Below are positions 32,113-41,891 of a stretch of 64,000 nucleotides of DNA, piece after piece. Both the position numbers and the translations under genes were made by a program. The notes below the pieces were generated by a model. The model saw nothing but the letters and a program-made list of their open reading frames with translations, ran no database searches and was not told the origin of the DNA. Position 1 is the stretch's first letter. The number at the start of each line of letters is the position of its first letter. Origin of the DNA: Escherichia phage vb_EcoM-VR5; the sequence record NC_028881.1; one strand, given 5' to 3'.

Positions 32113-32396
32113 TTTACCGTCCTTACAGTTTGTGTACTTCTATTATAAGCTACTTCATCTAAAAGCTCATTTAAAGTTTTGTGGTACGATATAATACGCT
32201 TATCTTTAATATCGTATTCAGTAACATACATAAATCCACGCCGAACACATTGGATAAAGATATCTTCATCTTTGGCTTGGAAATATACAGGGTTCAATCG
32301 AAGGAATTGTCTAAGGTTTCCATAATCATGGGATTTAGGGGTTCCATCAGTAATAGTATGAACAACAAACATATTAACCTCGAGCAACCCATTCAA
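32109..32396 (-). CDS. Hypothetical protein
   Basis: 95-aa ORF overlapping its neighbours by 4 nt (operon arrangement). Confidence 0.5.
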   Translation of the reverse strand: MNGLLEVNMFVVHTITDGTPKSHDYGNLRQFLRLNPVYFQAKDEDIFIQCVRRGFMYVTEYDIKDKRIISYHKTLNELLDEVAYNRSTQTVRTVK

Positions 32397-33012
32397 CAGC
32401 CGTATTATTACGAAGAGATTCGATAGCTGCTATATCGTCCCACGAATTAACCTTTACTGCTAAATTAGGTTTAAAGTCACGTTCACCACGGGCTAACCAA
32501 TAAACTTGGATATCCATAAGAACATTAGATGCAGCATCACAGTGGTGAGCCAAATCATCGACATAAAACTTAATACGCTTACCATATGTATTTTTAGCTC
32601 TTACGAACAGGTCTTCTTTTGATTCTGAATGGCCACACATCAGAATCTCCTTGAATGCACCAGGGAACAAAGCATTCAAATTGAATTGTCTATTCAGCAG
32701 GGCATCAATTGAGTCGCCTAGCGCAGTCACGGCTACAAAATCGAAGTCTTTTTTGAGCTTGTTGATGTGTTTTAATGCGTCCATATAAGGAGACAGATAA
32801 CGAATGAAATCTGACTGATTGTATTTCTCGATTAAACGAGCGCCTAATTCGTTGTCACAATTAAACAGCTCACCTGGAGATAAGAAACGTTCGTCCTGAA
32901 TCATATTCAAAATATGTTCTAAAGGCAAATTATATTTCTGAGCGAAATAAGGCAAGCCGGACTGCCAACTTAAACATACTCCATCGATATCTGTTAAGAT
33001 AACTGGTTTCAT
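32374..33012 (-). CDS. HAD-superfamily hydrolase-like protein
   Basis: 212 aa; N-terminal ILTDIDGV (HAD motif I, DxDG[TV]) and a later FYVDD motif. Confidence 0.55.
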   Translation of the reverse strand: MKPVILTDIDGVCLSWQSGLPYFAQKYNLPLEHILNMIQDERFLSPGELFNCDNELGARLIEKYNQSDFIRYLSPYMDALKHINKLKKDFDFVAVTALGDSIDALLNRQFNLNALFPGAFKEILMCGHSESKEDLFVRAKNTYGKRIKFYVDDLAHHCDAASNVLMDIQVYWLARGERDFKPNLAVKVNSWDDIAAIESLRNNTAVEWVARG

Positions 33013-33476
33013 AATAAATCTCTCAATTTGTTTAGGATGTCGATAAACTCTTTTTCAGTTAGTATTGTATCACATTCTGTAAGGTGGCTTGCCATAGAAT
33101 GCTTTAAAACTTTACCTTTTGTAGCTTGTAAGGCGTCACGGAATCCTTTGTTTTGGAGCGCTGCTTCAAAATATGCACTTGTATACAACTCTTTCCATGC
33201 TGCAGAGTATCTTGAAAAGGGAATTCCAAGCCAGAAAAGCGTCCCACGGTCCACAGCTCTTGCATAAGCTCTTCCAGTTTGTTGTGCGACCAGTCCGGAC
33301 ATCCCAAATATACGTTTTTGTTGTTCATAATTTCTCACCTTGCACCCTTGGAGGAAGCCTTCAAGACCTCCAAACTGGATACCATCCATAACAAAAGGCC
33401 ATTTGGCAAAGTTACTTAATGCACATGATGGCCACGGGAAATTGCTTCTGATTTCTAACTCAGACATCTTTGACAC
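33009..33476 (-). CDS. NADAR (YbiA/DUF1768)-like protein
   Basis: 155 aa; LSNFAKWPFVMDG...E.FLQ..K resembles the NADAR signature SNFAAWP..DG...SEHYFQAQK. Confidence 0.5.
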   Translation of the reverse strand: MSKMSELEIRSNFPWPSCALSNFAKWPFVMDGIQFGGLEGFLQGCKVRNYEQQKRIFGMSGLVAQQTGRAYARAVDRGTLFWLGIPFSRYSAAWKELYTSAYFEAALQNKGFRDALQATKGKVLKHSMASHLTECDTILTEKEFIDILNKLRDLL

Positions 33477-33672
33477 TTATAATATCGATATCACACCAAT
33501 GGCCATAACCTGGTAGACGGTCTTCAACAGATAAACCGCTGACATATTTGAGCATCGTTGTTTTCATTATAACAGGTTCAATATCTTGACCGCCTGGGCG
33601 AACATCAGTCACACGATAAGTCACTTCGACCATTTCAGTACCTAACAATTTCTGAATCAGTTTCTTAAACAT
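33460..33672 (-). CDS. Hypothetical small protein
   Basis: 70-aa ORF in a tightly packed minus-strand series. Confidence 0.4.
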   Translation of the reverse strand: MFKKLIQKLLGTEMVEVTYRVTDVRPGGQDIEPVIMKTTMLKYVSGLSVEDRLPGYGHWCDIDIISVKDV

Positions 33673-33673
33673 A

Positions 33674-33868
33674 TTATCCTCGCTTTAAATATTTGATTAC
33701 AGACAATTCTTGTCCCATGCGTACGTCTTCAGTTCCGTCAACCCACAGGACTGCATAGGCTTCTTTAATTACTTTACCGTTAATTTTAAAAGCAGGTAAA
33801 ACCTTTGAAATCATTCCAGGAATACCTATGCCTTTTAACTGGACTGTTTGTGATAAAAATAATTTCAT
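33674..33868 (-). CDS. Hypothetical small protein
   Basis: 64-aa ORF in the same series. Confidence 0.4.
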   Translation of the reverse strand: MKLFLSQTVQLKGIGIPGMISKVLPAFKINGKVIKEAYAVLWVDGTEDVRMGQELSVIKYLKRG

Positions 33869-33875
33869 GTTAGCC

Positions 33876-34178
33876 TCAATATTTCATTTGGAAGCAACGT
33901 GGCTCGTCACATTCAATAAAGAACTTACAGTCTGCAGCAGAAATAATGATTCGCTCATCTTGACGGGCATCTGTTTTGATAGATTTCATATCATAAGACA
34001 CGTTATCATCTGGTATATAGATTTTATACACGTCGCCATTATGGGCGAAATCAACACGGAACAGCTCTAGACCTATTAAATCAGTCACAAGACTGTTTAT
34101 AGCGTAGAACTCATCAAGCTGACTAGTAGGCAAACAATACCATTTACCTTCAGTAAACTCTAACATAATTAACCTCAA
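33876..34178 (-). CDS. Hypothetical protein, paralog 1 of a tandem pair
   Basis: 100 aa ending ...FQMKY; its upstream leader (cctcaatatttcatttggaagc) is repeated before the next gene. Confidence 0.5.
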   Translation of the reverse strand: MRLIMLEFTEGKWYCLPTSQLDEFYAINSLVTDLIGLELFRVDFAHNGDVYKIYIPDDNVSYDMKSIKTDARQDERIIISAADCKFFIECDEPRCFQMKY

Positions 34179-34462
34179 TATTTCATTTGGAAGCCGTATG
34201 GCTTAACGTCACCGCCATCCATATTTGATGTATTAATTTCGCTGGCATCAACCATGGAAATATCAACATCATTGCGCAGTTTAACGATTGCTAGAGTATC
34301 GCGACCATTTACAGTGCGGAATTCTAGTGGACAAACTACATCAACATAGTTCTTAATGGAATCGCGTGTTGGTTCACACCCAGCAGGAACATTAGGGCCT
34401 TTTTTAGAGAAAACAACTTCACAGAAATTTTTACGAGTATCGAAATAAGTGGTCATAAACAT
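34175..34462 (-). CDS. Hypothetical protein, paralog 2 of a tandem pair
   Basis: 95 aa ending ...GFQMKY; shares the leader repeat. Confidence 0.5.
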   Translation of the reverse strand: MFMTTYFDTRKNFCEVVFSKKGPNVPAGCEPTRDSIKNYVDVVCPLEFRTVNGRDTLAIVKLRNDVDISMVDASEINTSNMDGGDVKPYGFQMKY

Positions 34463-34476
34463 AATATTTTCCTCAA

Positions 34477-34492
34477 GGAGGCCGAAGCCTCC
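34477..34492 (-). terminator. Hairpin GGAGGC-CGAA-GCCTCC
   Basis: GC stem with tetraloop between genes 34501..34866 and 34175..34462. Confidence 0.45.
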
Positions 34493-34500
34493 ATTTAAGA

Positions 34501-34866
34501 TTAGATATCAAACTCGTTAAGAACTACATCAAAGATTGCTTCAAGATGTTCAGGTTTAGCTCGGTTACTCAGAATATGTCGAATCCAAGTTTTAACTAAG
34601 AGTTTACGATTATCACCGTTCCAACAAGGATGAGTGCCTAAATCGCGTTCACGGAAATCATCATCTAGAGCGATTTTAAAGTTGGAACCTTCCTTAGTGA
34701 TTGAAAGAGTGATACCGTTTTCAAATCGCATATAAACGTAGTTAGGAGTCATGCACTGCTCGATTTCACATACTGAACCGTTTTCATGTTTCCACAGGCA
34801 AATAACTTCAGAAGAACCAGCGATACCATTAGAAACATATTTACGTTCGAAGTTGATGTAGTTCAT
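34501..34866 (-). CDS. Hypothetical protein
   Basis: 121-aa ORF with an early-type promoter upstream and a hairpin downstream. Confidence 0.5.
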   Translation of the reverse strand: MNYINFERKYVSNGIAGSSEVICLWKHENGSVCEIEQCMTPNYVYMRFENGITLSITKEGSNFKIALDDDFRERDLGTHPCWNGDNRKLLVKTWIRHILSNRAKPEHLEAIFDVVLNEFDI

Positions 34867-34942
34867 TTTATTATCCTTTGGTTTGTTTTCGTATTATTTG
34901 GTACAGGTCTATAATAACACAACCTGTACCAAAGTAAAACAT

Positions 34943-35275
34943 TTATTTCACAACATTCCAATTTTTCATATCAAGTTTACCAACTTTTTTCATCTGAGTA
35001 ATCAGACGTTCGGCACGCTCACGAGCAGTAACATAATAGAATTCACCGATTTTGTTTTCTTCAATACGACCTGTAATTACAGTTTTCAGTTCGTAAATCC
35101 AACCTGTAAAGAAGTTGTGAAGCTCAATAGTAAAGGTGAAATCAGTACCCATACCTTCAGTGGTTTCAACTTCAATAATATCACCTTCAACTGCTGTCAG
35201 GACCCACATGGTTTCTTGATATTCACCGTTGAAACATTTAGCTTTAACAGATGCATTCAGGTTTACAGTTTTCAT
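34943..35275 (-). CDS. Hypothetical protein
   Basis: 110-aa ORF with an early-type promoter upstream. Confidence 0.5.
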   Translation of the reverse strand: MKTVNLNASVKAKCFNGEYQETMWVLTAVEGDIIEVETTEGMGTDFTFTIELHNFFTGWIYELKTVITGRIEENKIGEFYYVTARERAERLITQMKKVGKLDMKNWNVVK

Positions 35276-35374
35276 TTTATTCTCCAGTTTGTTTTCGTAT
35301 TATTTGGTACATGTCTATAGTATCATGCCTACCGGAGATGTACACCCTTTTTTTAAAGATTTAGAAACAAAAAT

Positions 35375-35392
35375 GGGACTCCGAAGAGTCCC
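35375..35392 (-). terminator. Hairpin GGGACTC-CGAA-GAGTCCC after the 53-aa basic ORF
   Basis: 7-bp stem with tetraloop 6 nt beyond the small ORF stop. Confidence 0.5.
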
Positions 35393-35397
35393 ATAAC

Positions 35398-35559
35398 TTA
35401 TGCAATCACTTTACCGAAGCAAGCAGCATCTGCACGCAATACTGCACGAGCACGAGCTTGAAGCTTATCAACTACCTGATTGATACGCTTGTTGGACGCA
35501 CGCTTGTAACCAGCGCGTTTAGAGGTCCCGTCAACTACTTTAACTTCTTTCTTAGCCAT
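35398..35559 (-). CDS. Small basic protein (53 aa), unlisted ORF
   Basis: Hand-translated MAKKEVKVVDGTSKRAGYKRASNKRINQVVDKLQARARAVLRADAACFGKVIA; a GC hairpin (35375-35392) follows its stop. Confidence 0.4.
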   Translation of the reverse strand: MAKKEVKVVDGTSKRAGYKRASNKRINQVVDKLQARARAVLRADAACFGKVIA

Positions 35560-35954
35560 TATAAAATCTCTTTAAATGAAAATGCAGGACTTATTGGCAT
35601 TGCCTGCGCAAGCCCTCAAGGGGAACATAGGTTTTGGATATTTAACGACAGGATAACCATAAACCTCGTCATCATACTTATAGCTCTTATCTGTTGCACA
35701 CCGTTAGCTTAAAGGTTCCGGGTTCGATTTCTCGAGGATAAGATATATACTGATGGGTATATAGGCCTTGAGGCGTACTCCCGATTGGCCATCACCTCGG
35801 GGTAGCATGCACTTGCCGCTATAAAATAACATTCAAGAGGTACACCGTAAAACTGCCGGGGTCTTAAAACTATAATGATTCTCAAATCATTAATCAGACA
35901 GTTCGACGGCTCCTCGATTTTCTAGCCGCACTAAGGTAGCGAATCACCTAAAAC

Positions 35955-36203
35955 TTATTTAAGGGTAATAACAAAATGACGTACTGCTTTACGAGCTGCA
36001 GAAGCCAAAGGCTTAGCAAATTTCAGTTCATCTTTAGCTTCCAGCTCAGAAGCCAGGGCAGCCTGTACCGGGTTCAGATGTTTGAAATAACGCAGGATTT
36101 CCAGTGCTTCGGCTTCAACATCAATAGATGCGCCATAGTTTTCGTGACCGTTGTTCCAAGCGTTGCGTTGCAGTTCAAGAGCGTGATTCAGATGTTTGTT
36201 CAT
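35955..36203 (-). CDS. rIII: rIII-like lysis inhibition accessory protein
   Basis: 82 aa (the T4 rIII size) adjacent to gene 31; assignment by size and synteny only. Confidence 0.55.
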   Translation of the reverse strand: MNKHLNHALELQRNAWNNGHENYGASIDVEAEALEILRYFKHLNPVQAALASELEAKDELKFAKPLASAARKAVRHFVITLK

Positions 36204-36349
36204 TTTAGTTTCTCAATTCGAGATAAAGATTGGTGGACACGTTCTTCTGAATTTCACTTCCTTTCGGCAAGTCTCTCAGTTGTAGTCCACCGCTTAGAAT
36301 TGTTCGGTTAACTTATTATTCCGACACCCAATTCATATTATTATTTATA

Positions 36350-36673
36350 TCACTTATAAAGACACGGAATAGCTTTATAGTGACAAGTAACGAATTTCTG
36401 TTTAATTTCTTTAGGCTGTTTAATACCTAATGCAACTAATGGATGAGGCACGTTAGCAATCTTACCGACAGGAAGTGGGGTCAAATCACCTACTTCACAA
36501 AAATCTTCAGGGACATCAGGTCCTACAGAATAAACTTCACAGAGTTCAGGGATTTCACCTTGATGAAGTTTGCCAATAACGATACCTGATGCAGTAGTTT
36601 CTTCATCACCAGCTTGTTTTGGTTCGGAAACGAGAATAATATATTCTCCGACCGCTTTAATAGGAAGTTCCAT
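36350..36673 (-). CDS. 31: Head assembly co-chaperonin gp31 (GroES-like)
   Basis: 107 aa; I.AVGEY.ILVSEP.QAGDEE...[19 protein letters not shown]...[17 protein letters not shown] matches T4 gp31 from memory. Confidence 0.9.
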   Translation of the reverse strand: MELPIKAVGEYIILVSEPKQAGDEETTASGIVIGKLHQGEIPELCEVYSVGPDVPEDFCEVGDLTPLPVGKIANVPHPLVALGIKQPKEIKQKFVTCHYKAIPCLYK

Positions 36674-36731
36674 ATTTAATCCATGTTGTTTTGTTGATAA
36701 GATAATATTATCACATTATTCTTAAAGCATA

Positions 36732-37031
36732 TTACATGACAAGCAGAGTTTCAGTCTGGAGCCCATTAACAGAAACCAGTTTATCGAAACGGAACGAGCG
36801 CCATTCGTTGAGCTTAGTATCAAATACCCTGATATAGCTAACAGGTTCTTTACTAGCTTCCGGCCTAGGGGCCTGGATTTCTTTATATGGGAGCAGGTCC
36901 AGGTCGCGAGTACAAGTCATACGACGGACACTGCCATCTGCTTTTTCAAACAGAACTTCATGAAAGCCGACAGACAAGATAGTCTTGACTTTTTCACGAA
37001 GACGGATAGTTTCTTGTTCAGTTAAAATCAT
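36732..37031 (-). CDS. Hypothetical protein
   Basis: 99-aa ORF downstream of cd. Confidence 0.5.
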   Translation of the reverse strand: MILTEQETIRLREKVKTILSVGFHEVLFEKADGSVRRMTCTRDLDLLPYKEIQAPRPEASKEPVSYIRVFDTKLNEWRSFRFDKLVSVNGLQTETLLVM

Positions 37032-37033
37032 AA

Positions 37034-37267
37034 TTATTCCAAGACAGTTTTAATAGTGGTTGCATTACGCTCTTTTAGAGCCCTTAATAGGTTATGGCAA
37101 TTATCAAGAATAGGCACCGTTTTATATTTCATGTCGGCATAAACCCACTCAGATTTATAGTACGATTTCCACCGAGAGAAAAAGTACTTTTTGTATTCTA
37201 CTGAAAAGGCTACTAAGCTTTCGCCTTTTGAGTTCAGACCTGAAAACTTAACTATTCGAAATTTCAT
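37034..37267 (-). CDS. Hypothetical protein
   Basis: 77-aa ORF abutting cd. Confidence 0.45.
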   Translation of the reverse strand: MKFRIVKFSGLNSKGESLVAFSVEYKKYFFSRWKSYYKSEWVYADMKYKTVPILDNCHNLLRALKERNATTIKTVLE

Positions 37268-37812
37268 TATTCACCACAATAGTTTTGAATTGATTCCCAG
37301 TTCAGAGAACGGAGACCTGTACGGTTATACTGGATAACTTCAATCCCTGATTCACGGAGGATATCATCCCATCCTTCAGGATTTCGGTCATAGAGTTCAG
37401 CATAAACCAATGTTTTAATTCCGGACTGCGCAATAGACTTAGCACAATCTGCACACGGAGATAATGTCACGTACATCGTAGCTCCGTCAATAGAACTTCC
37501 GGTACGGGCCGCAAACAAAATAGCGTTCAGTTCGGCGTGGATTTCATTTTTAGATGACCATGCGGCATGAGCCATACGATGTTCTTTAAGAAGAATTGAT
37601 TTATGCGACATTCGTGCCGTGTCATACACAACCCGAGTCCAGTCTTGTTCAGCCGCATGGTCACAACAGTTAACACCACCGGAAGGCGAACCATTATACC
37701 CTGTAGAAATAATACGGCCATTCTTTTCGATAACTGCACCCACTTTCCATGAACAACATTTTGATTCTTGAGAAATCAGATATGCAATCTGAAGGTATGT
37801 GCTTGCTTTCAT
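37267..37812 (-). CDS. cd: dCMP deaminase
   Basis: 181 aa; cytidine/dCMP deaminase zinc motifs HAELNAI and PCADC are present. Confidence 0.9.
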   Translation of the reverse strand: MKASTYLQIAYLISQESKCCSWKVGAVIEKNGRIISTGYNGSPSGGVNCCDHAAEQDWTRVVYDTARMSHKSILLKEHRMAHAAWSSKNEIHAELNAILFAARTGSSIDGATMYVTLSPCADCAKSIAQSGIKTLVYAELYDRNPEGWDDILRESGIEVIQYNRTGLRSLNWESIQNYCGE

Positions 37813-38150
37813 TACATCACCATGATATAGGCAGATTTATCAGTTTCAACACGATATAATTCATGTCGCAATTTCGTGATTGATTTAACACGTGAGGTTA
37901 ATATACCATAACCATCTTTAAAGCGTTTTTTCTTATCAAAGAATACCACGCCTGCTAATGAATTACCGATTTCAACTGGTAACATAGTCAACAACACGCC
38001 ATCATAATCAGCTGGGCTAATGCTTTTAAACAAAGTATCATTCATCAACAAAGCCCGGATAAGTTGTATAGCACCATCAGAGAGACCGCGATGGTCTCCA
38101 TCCTTGTCTTCCTGTAATGCAGTGGTAATAGCTTCTACTAAACTAATCAT
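37812..38150 (-). CDS. Hypothetical protein
   Basis: 112-aa ORF abutting its neighbours. Confidence 0.5.
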   Translation of the reverse strand: MISLVEAITTALQEDKDGDHRGLSDGAIQLIRALLMNDTLFKSISPADYDGVLLTMLPVEIGNSLAGVVFFDKKKRFKDGYGILTSRVKSITKLRHELYRVETDKSAYIMVM

Positions 38151-38380
38151 TGAATGTACACTCGCTGAGCTTCGACCAAACCATCAGAACCGAGTTTCAA
38201 CTGGGTAATCTGGTCGCCATCTTTAGGATTAACAATAACTAGTACTGCACGTGGTGATTCCTGGATTACACGCAGAGTCGCATCCGGAAAACGTACAGAA
38301 ACCTTATTAATCAGGGCCTGAGCAAATTCTTTAACTTTAACGTGAAACTGCTCTACAGTAATAGGTTGTTCGCTCAGCAT
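38147..38380 (-). CDS. Hypothetical protein
   Basis: 77-aa ORF with 4-nt overlap to neighbours. Confidence 0.45.
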   Translation of the reverse strand: MLSEQPITVEQFHVKVKEFAQALINKVSVRFPDATLRVIQESPRAVLVIVNPKDGDQITQLKLGSDGLVEAQRVYIQ

Positions 38381-38934
38381 CAGATAGTCTCCAACTTAAG
38401 TTGTCTTGTAGTGGTAGCTTGGGTAACGTCGCCTTTGACGATATAACACACTTGTTGGAACGAATTAATCAAAAGCTCCTCGGCTTGTCGATCAGCTTGT
38501 TCCTTTGTGTTATGGCGAGAATGAACTGTAATCTTACCATTTTTAACTACAAGCACTTTCCAGTCGGCAGTAGTTTTTACAGGTTTAGGCTCATCATTTT
38601 CAGGAATACTCACTGATGCCAATGGACGTACCACTTCAATAAAGCATTCAAATTCATGGCCAAAAAAGCCTGCTGAATTAAAAAGAATACTATTTGAATC
38701 ATCAGGATTACCGGTGATTTTACTCAGGTCAACAAACATCATCTCATCATGTACACGAATTCGGCTTACACTTTCGCGACCATTATGATAATCAATTTCA
38801 ACTTCAAATGGATTCATACCTACATACTTGGCAAAAGCAGTGTTAAGCCTGTAAGCACCGTTATTAGTGAATTTATTTTTATAATGCTCGCTTATAAATT
38901 TGTAAAACTTACGTTCTTCAAAGAACTTACCCAT
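38380..38934 (-). CDS. Hypothetical protein
   Basis: 184-aa ORF with an early-type promoter (38963-38992) upstream. Confidence 0.5.
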   Translation of the reverse strand: MGKFFEERKFYKFISEHYKNKFTNNGAYRLNTAFAKYVGMNPFEVEIDYHNGRESVSRIRVHDEMMFVDLSKITGNPDDSNSILFNSAGFFGHEFECFIEVVRPLASVSIPENDEPKPVKTTADWKVLVVKNGKITVHSRHNTKEQADRQAEELLINSFQQVCYIVKGDVTQATTTRQLKLETI

Positions 38935-38962
38935 TTCGATTTCCTCATGTGTTGGTAGGACT

Positions 38963-38992
38963 ACTATACCACAGTCCTACCATGGTGTAAAC
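38963..38992 (-). promoter_or_regulatory. Early sigma70-like promoter for gene 38380..38934
   Basis: Minus strand GTTTAC, 18 nt, TATAGT. Confidence 0.45.
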
Positions 38993-38994
38993 AC

Positions 38995-39273
38995 TTAAAT
39001 TGCTTCGACAACTACCGTTTGTTTCTGGAAGTCCATTTTGCATGAAATAGCCAAAATATGGTCATCAATTTTAAATGGAACAATTGCAAATGCTGCACCT
39101 GGTGTGAGTTGAACAGTGATTGCATCAACTGCATCCGGGAACATGATTTCCAGAATAGCAGACAAACGACCATGCACTTTTAGTTCAGTCGACACGTCTA
39201 GGCTTTCGTATAGATAATCAGATACAATCTGACTAAAAACTACTTTAACAATTTCAGAATATGTAGGAAACAT
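38995..39273 (-). CDS. Hypothetical protein
   Basis: 92-aa ORF; MotA-box-like promoter element upstream (39311-39345). Confidence 0.5.
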   Translation of the reverse strand: MFPTYSEIVKVVFSQIVSDYLYESLDVSTELKVHGRLSAILEIMFPDAVDAITVQLTPGAAFAIVPFKIDDHILAISCKMDFQKQTVVVEAI

Positions 39274-39310
39274 TTCTTTTCTCGCTCAGTTATTGGGGTT
39301 ATTCAAAGGA

Positions 39311-39345
39311 CCTAGACCCATTATAACATAAAAGTTTTAAAGCAT
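39311..39345 (-). promoter_or_regulatory. Candidate MotA-dependent middle promoter for gene 38995..39273
   Basis: Same TGCTTTA ... TGTTATAAT GGGTCTAGGTCC arrangement as upstream of rnlB. Confidence 0.4.
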
Positions 39346-39560
39346 TAATGAACGGTATGCACCTTGACATTAACGATAAATCGGTCGATGACTTCAGTCA
39401 GCGGAACGAATTCAACATAGTACTCGCCTTTATAACGTTCGTTCAAATCGTTACGCAGTGCAGCCAGGTTATTGATAAGAGCAGGAGACATATTCTGCCC
39501 TACCAGTTTCTGAAGCTCTTTATAAGCTTCTTCTTCAACTTCATGATGTTTATTATACAT
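39345..39560 (-). CDS. Hypothetical small protein
   Basis: Start taken at the internal ATG 39558-39560 to avoid a long overlap with the upstream gene; the track ORF extends to 39635. Confidence 0.35.
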   Translation of the reverse strand: MYNKHHEVEEEAYKELQKLVGQNMSPALINNLAALRNDLNERYKGEYYVEFVPLTEVIDRFIVNVKVHTVH

Positions 39561-39749
39561 AATGTTCTTCCAAGAAGGCAAGGAGTTCAGGTGCGGATTT
39601 AAAAATACCACCATCCACCTTGTCTTCATTATCATAGTCCATTACATCCAGGCCAATACGTCCATCAGTTAAAGGCCATACGCCGAAGTAAAAGCATTTA
39701 CGTTTTTCAATTTCTTCGATTGTACGAAAAATCTTTTCGATGTTATTCA

Positions 39750-39750
<1 letters not shown>
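39553..39750 (-). CDS. Hypothetical small protein
   Basis: 65-aa ORF directly downstream of pseT. Confidence 0.45.
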
Positions 39751-40950
<1,200 letters not shown>

Positions 40951-40954
<4 letters not shown>

Positions 40955-41433
40955 ACACCAAGCTCCTTATAAAGTTCTTCGCGACAGGTTTTAAGGATTT
41001 TACCAGTTTCATAAGCTGTGCTTTCAGAAACATCACCAAGTGCAGCGGCAGCTTGCATTTGGCCGTGGCGTTTAGCTGCGTATTCAAAACTTTTTACTAG
41101 CTCACGAATACGTTCTTTTTCATTGTACTCTTCAATGAATTCAGGGTATTCCCAAACCGGGCGCATCATACGATACCACTGTTGGATGGTAATATAATTA
41201 CTTCCATTCAAATTAATAATCTGTGAAGGCTCAATAGACCCTGGAGCATAAAAAGTTACCTGTCTTACTACATCAATACCGTCTACAATAGCCCAAGCAA
41301 AATCGAAAGTTGCCTTCTTTTCAATCGGCGTGCTTGCACAGGACCCTAGTTTAAGGAGCTTTTGTAATACAGGAGATTTAATACTTGAAATGTATTCAGG
41401 CTTAGCCACAAAACTGTTATCACGTAATGTCAT
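40951..41433 (-). CDS. Hypothetical protein (pseT.1 position)
   Basis: About 160 aa from the ATG at 41431-41433, preceded by GAGGAA. Confidence 0.5.
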
Positions 41434-41600
41434 AATAATTTCCTCAATTTTTATAATCCGTAGGAGCATTATACTCTGCTCCCAAGAGTTTGTAAACTAC
41501 TTTCCAAAAAGACCGTGCATACACATGCTGAACACAATTCCGAAACAAAAGAATGCGGCGCCAAATCTAACAGCATCCCAACCACAAACACATGTCTCGA

Positions 41601-41891
41601 TCATTTACACCTCTCCTCTTTTAACCCAGAACGATAATAACATAACATAGATTTCTGGTCTTGTACATATCTTTTTACATCGTTTAACCAAATGCGATGT
41701 TCTTGGGAGTCTTCGAATGGCATTCCAACCCAAGCCTTACCATCGATTACCTTGACCTGCCATTTAACCGAATGTTTGGTAATAGATTGTGGCCATGAAG
41801 GGTGTAGTTGTTGCTTAGGCGCCACAGGAATATCCTGAGCACACCCGACTAATAAGCCAATAGATAACATTACTGCAGACAATTTAATCAT
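41601..41891 (-). CDS. Outer-membrane spanin (o-spanin, lipoprotein)
   Basis: 96 aa; N-terminal signal with lipobox LLVGC; start overlaps the stop of the upstream membrane-anchored partner; T4 PseT.2 position. Confidence 0.7.
   Translation of the reverse strand: MIKLSAVMLSIGLLVGCAQDIPVAPKQQLHPSWPQSITKHSVKWQVKVIDGKAWVGMPFEDSQEHRIWLNDVKRYVQDQKSMLCYYRSGLKEERCK

Noticed and set aside
35458-35712. 84-aa plus-strand ORF
   Set aside because: Overlaps the better-supported minus-strand 53-aa ORF and its terminator; hydrophobic low-complexity translation; no promoter or ribosome-binding site; the plus strand has no other genes in this region.
35700-35780. Possible tRNA gene suggested by a GGTTCGATT motif
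   Set aside because: Flanking sequence cannot form a T-stem (CCGGG versus TCTCG is not complementary), and I could not build an acceptor, D or anticodon arm on either strand. Kept only as part of the non-coding-interval finding.
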